A stretch of DNA of 64,000 nucleotides from Schizosaccharomyces osmophilus (Eukaryota), in contig NC_079238.1 of NCBI RefSeq assembly GCF_027921745.1, positions 1,240,001 to 1,304,000 of the forward strand, read 5' to 3'. Made by a program: the position numbers and the translations under genes. This document shows, in pieces, positions 25,963-36,468 of this stretch. The notes beneath the pieces were generated by a model. That model was not told the origin of the DNA. It did no database searches and was given only the letters and a program-made list of their open reading frames with translations. Within the stretch, counting starts at the first letter, position 1. Every line of letters begins with the position of its first letter.

Positions 25963-26581
25963 GACTTGTTTATAAATATCGAATTAATATAAGCTTTAAG
26001 TTTTTCACTGAAGCTCATAACTCTCCCGTAGAGGACTTTCTTTCCTTACCGTTTTTTATGATATCACTAGGATTAGGGATCACAAAATATCTCCTTCGTT
26101 TAAACGTTTATGATTTTATTTTATTTATTTATAATTCCTGCTGAAGATTGGTTCCTGATGATTACTACATAGGCTTGCTATCTTCATTCTACATATTGCC
26201 AGTTTGAATAAAGCCGGAATTTTGGTTTTTTACCTCCGTGAGCAATACATATAAATTAGCGGACCTTCTAATTTGTTTTTGATTCTAAGATTGGACGTAG
26301 CAATCGGAGCATAAAAGAACCATCTTTGCAAATCGATATTTTGGCAGGACTTACTTACCACTTACGACCACCAAGAACCTAAAAATATGCTTACTAGGGT
26401 AGTTACAATTTAATTATTTATTCGATATATATGTATTTTACCTTTCGTAAGGAACGTAAAGGTCAGTGCTTGACCACGTTCTTCATTAAGGAACGTTGGG
26501 AACTTAATAAGACAGACTATGCAGTTTAAACACGCAAAACAAGATATAGAAAAGAAGGTGAAAGAAACATTACAAGGAAAA

Positions 26582-28760
26582 TTATAATTCATGTCCAGGA
26601 ATCTGAAAAACAATTGCCCATTCGAAATAAAGCTTGTGGATCAGATTTAGGATGTAGGGATCCAATCTAGTAGAAGCCAATATACTCTTCATTTTCAACG
26701 CACCGTCTTGCATGATTCTATTTTTAATATGCTCTAACAAGAATGGAGAGTACTCTTGGTACCAGCGATAATTAGAAAGAGTCAGTTTAGCAATAGCTGT
26801 CAGTACCAATTCTATATTGTTATCCTCAGCACAAATTATTAGCATGGTCTTCCATGCTTTGAACGAAAACATATTCTCAAGACAAGCACAAAAAGCTTCG
26901 ACAGCTTCAACACGATGGTGTAAACGGAAAGCTACTTCACCCAAAATTTCCCATTCCATAGGAGACTTACGGTAAACCAATCCCTGTGACCTAAAATGCG
27001 TGTACTCAGCACGCCAGATGGTAAACACACGTAGATCTTCATATAAAACCATAAAAAGGTTATCCAACCATCGTTCGCATAAGCGCTTATTATGAACGTT
27101 CAGGTTCTGGGCAGAACTGCTCATTATGGCCTCTGGCTTATCCAAGTGAGATTCGTTACCATCTTGCTTATTAACTGAGGGCTCACCTGTAATGACATCC
27201 TCTTTCGTTTCTGGATTAGGTTTGCTATTATCATTCAGTGAGCGGTATTCTTCTTCCATAACGAAGACAGAGGAACGGATTCGTAATAGCTCATCCCAGC
27301 CAATTTTTGAGCAGATGAGTGTTAATAACTCGTAAACTTTTGCAAAGGTACCACGAAGGCTCGGAGAAGGGAGGCGGGCAAGGTAAGGATCTATCAAGTC
27401 CACGGAGGCGGCTCGTCCATTCCCATTTTCCCCTTCAAGTTCTTCTTTAGGGAAGCCGACTGGCAATGGAAGGTGAGCTTTTGTAGGAGGAGGGATAGGG
27501 TACACATCTCGTTCATAATAGGTGTACATTGGGCAAGAATTTAAGGCCAACAACGCAGAATCAAAGTCTTCTAAATGAAGATAGACTTCTGCCAAACAAA
27601 TCCAAGGTACAAATTCAGATGGGGAAGCATGGACGGCACGCTTAACACTTGTCAACGCAAGGTCGAAACGCTCCTTGGAAACCAAATATCTTGCTTGAAC
27701 GACGAGCAAGTCAGCAGACATTCTTTGTTTTTGCAATGCTTCATGCAGTACACGAACAGCATGCACTTCATGATCCATGAAAAGGTACAATTGCGCCAAA
27801 AGAACGGATACTTCTGGAGAATTAATATGCAATTTTTCCAAAGAATTTAGGGCAGCACTAAAACGGCAGTTTTGACAAACGTATACAAAGAAACCTCGAA
27901 CCAAATGATTGTTGACGTTTGTTGGTATGCGGATTTCGGGCGAAGAGCCTAGTATATGACCCATGGGGAAAAGTTCTTCAAAAGCTTCAAAAAAACGAAG
28001 TTCACTGTCCGGATTGGGTATAGGGTTAAATTTGCGATGACCAGTGAAGCGAGAGTAGAGCTCATCCGAATAAAGTAAAGATCGAAGTACGGAAGACATA
28101 TAGGTTTCGACCCACATGCGCACATCCATTTTGTGCTTTTGCCCATTTTCATCGATCGCATACGTGTCTACGCCGCCAGGAACTTTTGCCTCAACACGAA
28201 CGTCCAACCGTGAGAATGCATTATAGCAGCAATATACACTGTGATTTATAGACCAAGTCTGCGATTTAGAAAACCATTGCTGGCTTTTGTCTAAGGAATA
28301 CGAGAGTGTATTCAGATAAGCAGCCAAAGAAGCAGAGGAAGAGGCATCGATTCCCGAAACAAAATGATACGTTCCAACCTAATTGTGTTAGCATTAATTC
28401 CTCAAAACGGACAAGTTCCCCAGCCATGTCTGCAACAACTAAACCATTTCGTGACAGCAGACGTTCAAACCCCCTTTAAATGTCCTAGTGGACTTGCATA
28501 TTCAAACTGTCCTTATTATACAATTGATACATACTTCTTTTGACGGATTTCGAGTGCCAACTTTTGTCGTATGAACGTGATCCGCCGGCCCCAACTCCTT
28601 AAATTGGGAAAGAGACTTGGAGCGAGCCTCTAGTGACTCATTTACGCGAGTTTCGAGGAACCTGCGAGGGACATTAGCATAGGTAATTTGGATGCCTCGT
28701 TTCGTTTTCAATATCATTCAATACATACTCTGGAATATCTCTGAAAAATGAATCACTCAT
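26582..28760 (-). CDS. bch1: Exomer ChAPs subunit (Bch1/Bud7/Chs6 family); exons 28760-28729, 28661-28535, 28378-26582
   Basis: Spliced FRDIPE|FLE..LGPADHVH..KE|VGTYHFVSGIDASSSASLAAYL. Also CCYNAFSRLD, ALNSCPM and KRLCERWLDNLF. Confidence 0.93.
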
Positions 28761-29407
28761 ATACTTTTTTCCTTTAAGAACCGGAAATTCAATGGTTCCC
28801 TGATTGGTTTCTGTTAAGTTTCTGGCTGGTAGTGTTAAACAAACGTCAAAGTGCTAAACTGAGCATCTGTACTTGAATAGGGAGTCGGAGAGAAACACGA
28901 AAAGTAGAATACCGAAGTGTAGCTACTAGCAGTATATATTTGAAGGACATCAAGTGTTGTAGGTTAGTATCTTAGATAATGAGGAAATTCATTAGTACGT
29001 TAATAAGCAAATGAATTTTTGAAAAACTTGATTGATTCCAAAAGGAGAAACAAGACGAACAAAGAAGAGAGGTATATAATTGAGTAGATCTTATAAAAGA
29101 CATAGGAGTTTTTTTTTGAAAATCTACCTTAAATCTACCTTGGATTTTGCATTTTATGTCTGTAGAACTTAACCAACTCGCATACGGAAAACAGCGACGT
29201 CTTTCTGTAGAAACTAAGAGATAACAGTCTTTTTAAAGCTAAGTTATTCTTTTAATGCCTTTTTCCCTTCCAACAGACACGAATTGACGATTTTCTCGTT
29301 TTCCTAGAATGTGTCATACCCTTCCCCTACACTGAACGCTCACGTTTGGGAAGCGGGTGGTAGCAATCCTGCATTCCCCCATCTCCTACCTTGTAACAGA
29401 ATTAGTA

Positions 29408-29696
29408 ATGGCATTCGCTTGGAAAAAGAATTTTAGGTAAGTATAGAAATAAAGATTTGGAAAGGGATTTGTCATTGAAAAATCCACAAAACCGAGCAGA
29501 ACGACTGACATATGAATTTAGCTACTCGAAATATGCTTCCGTATGCTCCCAGACAGTTCGTCAGGCATTGAAGCCTGAAATACGTTCTGATCTTAAGGGT
29601 TCCAACAACGTGGAATTTGTCTATGCCAAGTGGAAGAATGGAAACCAGGAACCAGCTCAAACTTATCGATCTGCTGACGCCGAGCAACAAAAGTAA
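29408..29696 (+). CDS. atp15: F1 ATP synthase epsilon subunit; exons 29408-29436, 29522-29696
   Basis: Spliced 67 aa MAFAWKKNFS|YSKYASVCSQTVRQALKPE..KWKNG. Intron GTAAGT..CTGAC..TAG. Confidence 0.92.
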
Positions 29697-31205
29697 AATC
29701 GGAATAGCTTTGATTGAAAAATTACGGTGATGATTGCAACTATGATTCCTCTCATTGTGTTTTTTCCCGTGCTCCGTTGAAAGGGAGAGCAACCGTTCTA
29801 TCTATTCTTGTTTTGGCTCCCTTGCACACGGTTGGAGACATTCAGCTTGCTTTCTTTTTCATCTTCTTTTCTTTTTCCAGTCACCACCGTATTTTTATTT
29901 CTTTTATTCTTTCACTTTCCGCTCAGGAAACATCCATAGTTTATATCCTTTTGCAAATTAGTGGATAAGGAAAGTTATGAGTCTTTCTACGAATGAAACG
30001 CTGTTCCTGTATGTCTATGTTATTATTAATGGTATTTCAACACTGAATCGTATCGTAGACACAGAGATTGGCAGGAAATAAATATAATAAGGAAAGATAC
30101 ATAGTCAGCAGACAAAGTCGTTCCTTTTCATGAACATTAGCATTCCAGTTGATCATTGATGTTTCTTTTTCCTTGAAAAAAGCAGTATCATTGCCATTTC
30201 TTCACTATTGTACCTTGAAGCGTATTCTTTTCATGATTGAATCCTTCGTATTCTCATTGTAAGCTGGTTCTTTCATCCGTTGCAACAATACAATTCGTCT
30301 CAAACTACCTTTGTTGCTTTGGTTGCATCCATTGTTCCTTCTTGGCAGTTTCCACATGCTAATCAGCTTACTGCTCTCAGTACTGTTCCATATTTCGACT
30401 TTTTAACTGTAGGTCCATGGTGCATTCCATCCCCATACGATACAACCAAGTGCATCAAGAAGTATTGATTTCCCAGAGCTGTTAACTATAGACTTTTATA
30501 AACACCTTTCAGCCAGAAAAAGAACCCCGTATCCAAAGACACCAATTTTTATACTTGGAATCCAACCAACTCACAACATTGTTAGTGACATCTCCAAGTT
30601 ATCGTCAGGTGGAAAGCCTTTTTCATTCAAAGTAGCTTTCTTTTTGTTTTTATTTTTGATCTTTCTTATATTTCAAAGAAAATTTTATAAAAAAAAAGGC
30701 CTTTATTTAACATCCGACATATGCTTGGTTTGTAAAAATCTGACTACACTGTACATTATCTCATTCCAAACGGTTCATAGAGTTTGCAATTATTACTTTC
30801 GTTAATATCTCTGTTGATTTTGCCTTATATTGTTTCAAATAAAGTTGGTTCTTTAGCTAACCTATTGTTCTTGGAGGTCTTTTCGTTTACAGATCATTAG
30901 TCCTACTTTTTCTTTCCTTCTTCCGGTTTAGTTCTTTTGACCTTTGCCAATTTGCTACAAAGTAGTAAATACTTTTACTTGTTCGATTTGTTGACGAGCA
31001 TTTTGCTTCTCATTCATTCTAAAACGTTTATCCATAATCCTTAAGAGCACGTACAGTTTTCATGGACTCACATTTTTTACATTTATGATTTTTATGCAAT
31101 CATTCTTCTAAAAGTGTTTATTTCCGCAATCGTATACGAACTACTTTTTCAATTTGTCCTAAATAATCTTGATTTTGTATTTTTAACCTTTCATTTTTTC
31201 TTAGT

Positions 31206-34200
31206 ATGGCTTCCTTTACGCCTTTAAATGCAGCAGGTGAAGATTTGGATAAGGAAAAGCGCACCTTGGAAATTCGGATTGAAGAAGCCCTCCAGATATA
31301 TCAAAATGCCCTAGTCGCACAAAAAGAAAATGATTGGGACCTTGCTTCCAAAAATTATGAAGATTTGCTCAATCTTCGACTTCTCCGTAAGCCCAACGTT
31401 TCTCATCTATCACGAAAGCCCAGAAATAATGCACTTTTGCTCCTACATTATCTTGTTCGAAAAAACCATGGTGAGTTTCTCTTTTCTAGTGCCCTTTCTA
31501 AAAAGTTCCCATTCTCCTCTGAGGCGGACGTTATTACTTTATGTCGCCAGGCCATCAATGATTTTTCCATTGCTCTTGCTTGCGATCCCAATGACATTGA
31601 TTTATGGACCAAAGTGGCCGAGCTGGCAGAAAAATTGCATCTTTCGAGAGTTTTAAGGTTTGCGCTCGAGTCCTCCTTATACACGGGCTATGAGTCTTTT
31701 GATCCTGCATTATCTTTAATGAAACCAGATGAGCTGAACCCTGGAAAACTGGCATCCCTCCAAAAGTTATGCTCAATTTTGAAACGATTTCATGTCCAAC
31801 GTAAAGATATTCCAAAACTCGACTTTTTTACGCTGACTATGTATACACTACCCCCTCATTTCCCTTTCATACCAAATGTCCCTTCTACTCGCCGTTCTCT
31901 TGAAGTTTCTGCCAAAGTGAAAGCCGTATCTCTTCCCACAGAATCTTTGCATGGGATCTTAGACTTGATACTAAATCTACTGCGACTTGTAGAAAAGCGT
32001 TTACCTTCCTATGCTATGCCTTCCACAACCATATTTCTTATAAATGCCGCTAATTTAACATCACTAAACGATGACCTTGATTCTACTGATTCAGAAGTAT
32101 GGCCTGAATCATCCGAAAATGTTGTTACAGACGACCTAATATATAGATTGTTTACTAAACAGGATCCTATTTATGCCAATGACATTGTCCCTCCTCCTTT
32201 ACCATCGATAGCTTCCAAAGGTCCTAAAAGACCAGCCGATGATTCAGAAGTAAGGAGTAGTAAACGTTCACGCGGTCGTGAACCTCGTGTTTCGTCAGAA
32301 ACAAGTCTTTTCCTTTCCATTTTTAATACACTTGAAGATCTAAACGTGTCATCCACAACAGAAAATCCAGCGCAAGCGAACCCATTCAGTTTTGATGGTA
32401 TCTTTGAGCCTTACAAAGACCTGTTTGATGAATATCGGCAATTACTTATACATTTTCCTAGCCAGGAAAATGTCAGTGATACTAGCATAAGCGATATGTC
32501 TGCAAACGGGGCATTTTCTCAGATGATGCTTTTTGATCTAGCCATGCAAAATTCCCGCAGATTAGAACACATGGAGACGTCAAAAGATTTCTTAAGCAAT
32601 TTGATTATGAATATAAACAACATGCGAATGGTCCCATCTGAACTTGCAGCTTTTTTCGTCCGCATGATGCTAGAACCCGTAGACGATGAAGCTGAGATTC
32701 CTTTATACATGCGTCAATGTTGGGGTAGAGGTTTTAAATCTAAGCTTACGGAGACTGCTATCAAAGTAGAAGATTTGCTATATTCTGTTGTTAAACAAAG
32801 TATAGGAAGCAATCGCTCAATTCCATGCGCTCAATCACTTTTTGAAATTTTTCTGGATGATTACTTTCAAGAATTAAAAATAAACACAAAAAATGAAAGT
32901 GCGCGAAACGAAAATTCGACGGACATTCTTGAAAGTAAGAAAAGGAGGTGTATACGTTGGAAGTTACTGAGTGGTGAAGTTTTGTGCTTTCATTCTGAAT
33001 ATAATTCTACTGATCCTTTCATCCAGTTGAAAATCAGGTTCGAATGGGCTCGCAACTTACTATTGAGATTGCTAGGGTCTCCCAATGATTCAATCGTTGA
33101 AACCTTTTTGAAGATAAAAAACATTCTCATACAACACCACATATCCTTTGAACTTTTGAACAGCCACTGCATGCCTGACATAAATATTGATGTGATCGAT
33201 TTTGAATTGTCAAAGCTGCAAACCATTGAATTTTTCAACACGCTGTTCATGAATACTAAATTACTGGATTATAATGCAGTAATAGAGAACTTGGAGCCAG
33301 TATTGTTATGCAAAGGATCTGTTTCGAATGATAATCAGTCGTATCTAATATCACAGTTTTTGGTAAAGACATCTACGGAGTTCCAAATTCATCTATGGGG
33401 CTTACTTAGAGAAGCCTTTAACTCAGCTAATCGACCCTATGAATCTATACTTTGCTCTTTTTATCCACTGCAACTTGTTCTAAAAAGACTTGGTTCTGTG
33501 CCCTTCAGTACTCAAAATGCTGACCGCCGAAAGGCTGAATTGCTTGGAATGCTGAAATTAATATCTCACCTTTTACAGTCTATTTGGCATGTCATTCGGA
33601 AAACCCCGGAATTATTAGATGGTCTTTCCTTTGAGACAACTCTTGATAATATGAAAGTCATTATCATTTACCTGAAACTTTTCTCCGTATATGCTGGTAT
33701 AGATGATGTTATTGCTGATGATAGAGTCCCAAAGCCCCTAAACCTTGATTTTGATTCGTATGGTCAAAATGTTAAAGACACTTTACTAAGTTCTTGGTGT
33801 ATATTCTACAGGCTTTGCGCAAGACTTTTACAGGATGAAATTGTAAAAGTCGAATCAAAAAAGGTACTGCCTAATATTTTAACTTTAATTCATTCACAGT
33901 TCTCATTTCGGGGCTATTGCGGTTTTGCGAACGGCTCTTTTTTGGAATTATCGCAGACGGAATGTCAAAAATTGGATGTTTGGGAAAACGAAAACGAAAT
34001 TCTTCAATGTGTGTTTTGCCGCTTTGGCTTGATGATTGGTAGCGAATACTATCTTCCTCAAGACCATCAGTCTCCTAAAAGAGAATTCTCTCGTGAAGAC
34101 GCCGTAGCTTTAGTACCTTTTGTCTTAGGGTTTGCCGTAAAGCGTTCACATGGATGGATTATGCCTCGATCTGATCAAAAGCATGCTTTTGAAACAATTT

Positions 34201-36062
34201 GTGATAAAATTGGGCCTCCTAATGAAGATGTAATGGATATATATCTCAACAAGTCTTCTATAAGCAACTATTTGGAAACAGATATTACTGCGAAACATGT
34301 GAAGTTTTCACTTGTTGGACGGAATTTATTAAAACTACAGGAAGTATCATCAAAACATGTTAGTGATACACTTCGTAACATGTACTATTCTCAAGCTCAG
34401 GTATTGCTTGGTTATTATAGAGCCAGGCTAAAAGGTACCAGGTGCATAACGGAATTGAACAAGGCAGCCACTTATGCCCTAATGGATTTGTATATAAACC
34501 CTTTCCGGCAGGACTCATGGTATACCGCTGCAGTGCTTTATCTTACTTTGGCCGATGAAGAGTTATCGTGGAGTGCAGATTTGATTGGAATGGATGAAGA
34601 GCAAATTATCGATTATCAACGAAAGGGCTTACTTTGCTATTTAATGGCTATTTCACTGAAACCTGTTGCAGATGACTCTTACAAATCGCAGTTGTACTTC
34701 GATTTTGGAGCGTGCTTTTACTCGATAGCCCGTCCTCCTTTAGAGATGAGTGCTTTTTACTCCTTAGAGAGTCGAGTTATCAGTGGTAGTTCAGGACTAT
34801 TCAGTGTGCCTTTCAAGGCGATTACTTCAAAGCAAGCTATAGCAATTGCTGCTGATTTCTTGTCAAAATCGTTCAGATTAAAGAAAGATTGGAAAGTTGC
34901 AATTATGTTAGCTAAGTCTATACGTAAACTCGGAGATATGGCTACTGCTCTAGAATACTTTGAGGAAGCTACCAATATTGCGCCTAAGAAAGGAGGAAGT
35001 GGATCTCAACAAACGTTGCTTTTAGAGCCTCATTATGCATTGCTTTCCAATCTTAGCAAAGCTATTATTGAAAATCTTATGCCCATTAAGATTATATTCC
35101 AATATCTGACAAGAATTCATTTTCCACCTAAAAATAATCCAGAGTTCATAGCTGCATATGAACACGAGGAGGACATGGATCCCAATTTGGTAATAAACCA
35201 AATCCTTTTAGCAATCCAAGAACTTCGTTCGGTTGACAAACAGTCGTGGCAGCATCGACCAACTTATAGAATAGCTAAGCTATTGGATCATCTTGGGCAA
35301 TTCGAGGAGGCTAAAAAGGAAATGGAAAAGCTCATATCTTTCAAGTCGTCAGGAAAATCTTTGGTAAATATTTGGAGGACCTATTATGAGCGACCAGGCC
35401 GGTATTTCTATTATGGTACTGTCTATAGCAAGTTTTTCATCTCATTACTTTACAAAACAAATGACGATGCAAATTTGCTTCAATTTATGAGGAGGTTTAG
35501 AAGGTCTTCTCCCTCAATATATGACCATCGAAACATCTGGCTTAACATCACGAGTAAATATATTAACGACTTACGCGACAATCACTCAATCATTGAACTC
35601 AAAGAAGAACAAAGAGAGCTAATGCCAGTCAGTGAATTTAATGTCATATACGAAAAAGTTTCGAATTTGGGTGAGCAACAGTTGTCATTGCTCATACAAG
35701 TTTACGAATTACGAAAATTGAATAATGGACTGTATCCTACAACAAAGCTTGACGATTTTTTAATAGATTGCTTTATGGATCTTTATGGAAAAACAATGTC
35801 AGCAATTTTGTCTTCGGATCCTGACTTTGTGAAATCTTTGAATGAAAAGAACTCTATACAAGCACAGGAAGGGTCAGCGAAAAATAAAAGCACGAACATT
35901 ACTCGGAAGGAAATAATATCAAAAATTATTCATATGTGTCGTCCGTCTAAAGATTCAACTAATCGTGAGCTCGCATCAAGGCCATCACAAGCTTCTTTGT
36001 CGAATACTTCGTCTTTTGTGGATAATGGTTCTGATATTGAACAAGAAACAGAAGGAAATTAG
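31206..36062 (+). CDS. hip3: HIRA complex subunit Hir3/Cabin1-like
   Basis: 1618 aa. N-terminal F.PLN..EIRIEEALQIYQNAL, TPR-like body, EPHY, WQHRPTYRIA and VNIWRTYYERPGRYF motifs. Confidence 0.92.
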   Translation: MASFTPLNAAGEDLDKEKRTLEIRIEEALQIYQNALVAQKENDWDLASKNYEDLLNLRLLRKPNVSHLSRKPRNNALLLLHYLVRKNHGEFLFSSALSKKFPFSSEADVITLCRQAINDFSIALACDPNDIDLWTKVAELAEKLHLSRVLRFALESSLYTGYESFDPALSLMKPDELNPGKLASLQKLCSILKRFHVQRKDIPKLDFFTLTMYTLPPHFPFIPNVPSTRRSLEVSAKVKAVSLPTESLHGILDLILNLLRLVEKRLPSYAMPSTTIFLINAANLTSLNDDLDSTDSEVWPESSENVVTDDLIYRLFTKQDPIYANDIVPPPLPSIASKGPKRPADDSEVRSSKRSRGREPRVSSETSLFLSIFNTLEDLNVSSTTENPAQANPFSFDGIFEPYKDLFDEYRQLLIHFPSQENVSDTSISDMSANGAFSQMMLFDLAMQNSRRLEHMETSKDFLSNLIMNINNMRMVPSELAAFFVRMMLEPVDDEAEIPLYMRQCWGRGFKSKLTETAIKVEDLLYSVVKQSIGSNRSIPCAQSLFEIFLDDYFQELKINTKNESARNENSTDILESKKRRCIRWKLLSGEVLCFHSEYNSTDPFIQLKIRFEWARNLLLRLLGSPNDSIVETFLKIKNILIQHHISFELLNSHCMPDINIDVIDFELSKLQTIEFFNTLFMNTKLLDYNAVIENLEPVLLCKGSVSNDNQSYLISQFLVKTSTEFQIHLWGLLREAFNSANRPYESILCSFYPLQLVLKRLGSVPFSTQNADRRKAELLGMLKLISHLLQSIWHVIRKTPELLDGLSFETTLDNMKVIIIYLKLFSVYAGIDDVIADDRVPKPLNLDFDSYGQNVKDTLLSSWCIFYRLCARLLQDEIVKVESKKVLPNILTLIHSQFSFRGYCGFANGSFLELSQTECQKLDVWENENEILQCVFCRFGLMIGSEYYLPQDHQSPKREFSREDAVALVPFVLGFAVKRSHGWIMPRSDQKHAFETICDKIGPPNEDVMDIYLNKSSISNYLETDITAKHVKFSLVGRNLLKLQEVSSKHVSDTLRNMYYSQAQVLLGYYRARLKGTRCITELNKAATYALMDLYINPFRQDSWYTAAVLYLTLADEELSWSADLIGMDEEQIIDYQRKGLLCYLMAISLKPVADDSYKSQLYFDFGACFYSIARPPLEMSAFYSLESRVISGSSGLFSVPFKAITSKQAIAIAADFLSKSFRLKKDWKVAIMLAKSIRKLGDMATALEYFEEATNIAPKKGGSGSQQTLLLEPHYALLSNLSKAIIENLMPIKIIFQYLTRIHFPPKNNPEFIAAYEHEEDMDPNLVINQILLAIQELRSVDKQSWQHRPTYRIAKLLDHLGQFEEAKKEMEKLISFKSSGKSLVNIWRTYYERPGRYFYYGTVYSKFFISLLYKTNDDANLLQFMRRFRRSSPSIYDHRNIWLNITSKYINDLRDNHSIIELKEEQRELMPVSEFNVIYEKVSNLGEQQLSLLIQVYELRKLNNGLYPTTKLDDFLIDCFMDLYGKTMSAILSSDPDFVKSLNEKNSIQAQEGSAKNKSTNITRKEIISKIIHMCRPSKDSTNRELASRPSQASLSNTSSFVDNGSDIEQETEGN

Positions 36063-36468
36063 ATACAGAAGGATGAATTTCTTAGAGCTTCCAGTTAGCT
36101 ATGTGTTGTATACCTTTTAACAATAGAAACAACTGAAAAATACCAAGAGGTTTATATATAGGCGAAAAGGAAAATAAATAAATTAAAGAATAATGTTATT
36201 TAGTTTCAAAATACAGTGTAATTTTATAAAACGTTATGATATGATTTGTTCCTTTTCGCACTTGAGGACACAGGATTTCAAGGTTTGTTCACTTGATATA
36301 TTCGCGAATTTTTATTCCTTCTTGTATTAGTTTTTGTATCGTGAAGTATTCACCCTCAAATTCATTTCCGTATTGACACATTTTAAATTGTTTTGAGTAT
36401 ACGATCCCAGTGTCATAACTGAAGAAAAGCAGCCTCCAATCCTTGCACGTTCCAAGGGTTCAAGATCA

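Noticed and set aside
29728..29843. snoRNA-like signals after atp15: GTGATGA, H-box AGAGCA (29786-29791), stem AACCGT/ACGGTT and ACA at 29838
   Set aside because: No D box follows the C-like box, the second hairpin has no upper stem, and ACA is offset from the stem. Most likely ordinary 3' UTR; a snoGPS/Rfam scan would settle it.
30205..30468. Short ORFs on both strands between atp15 and hip3
   Set aside because: Only 50-62 codons, with no recognisable motif or supporting splice structure.
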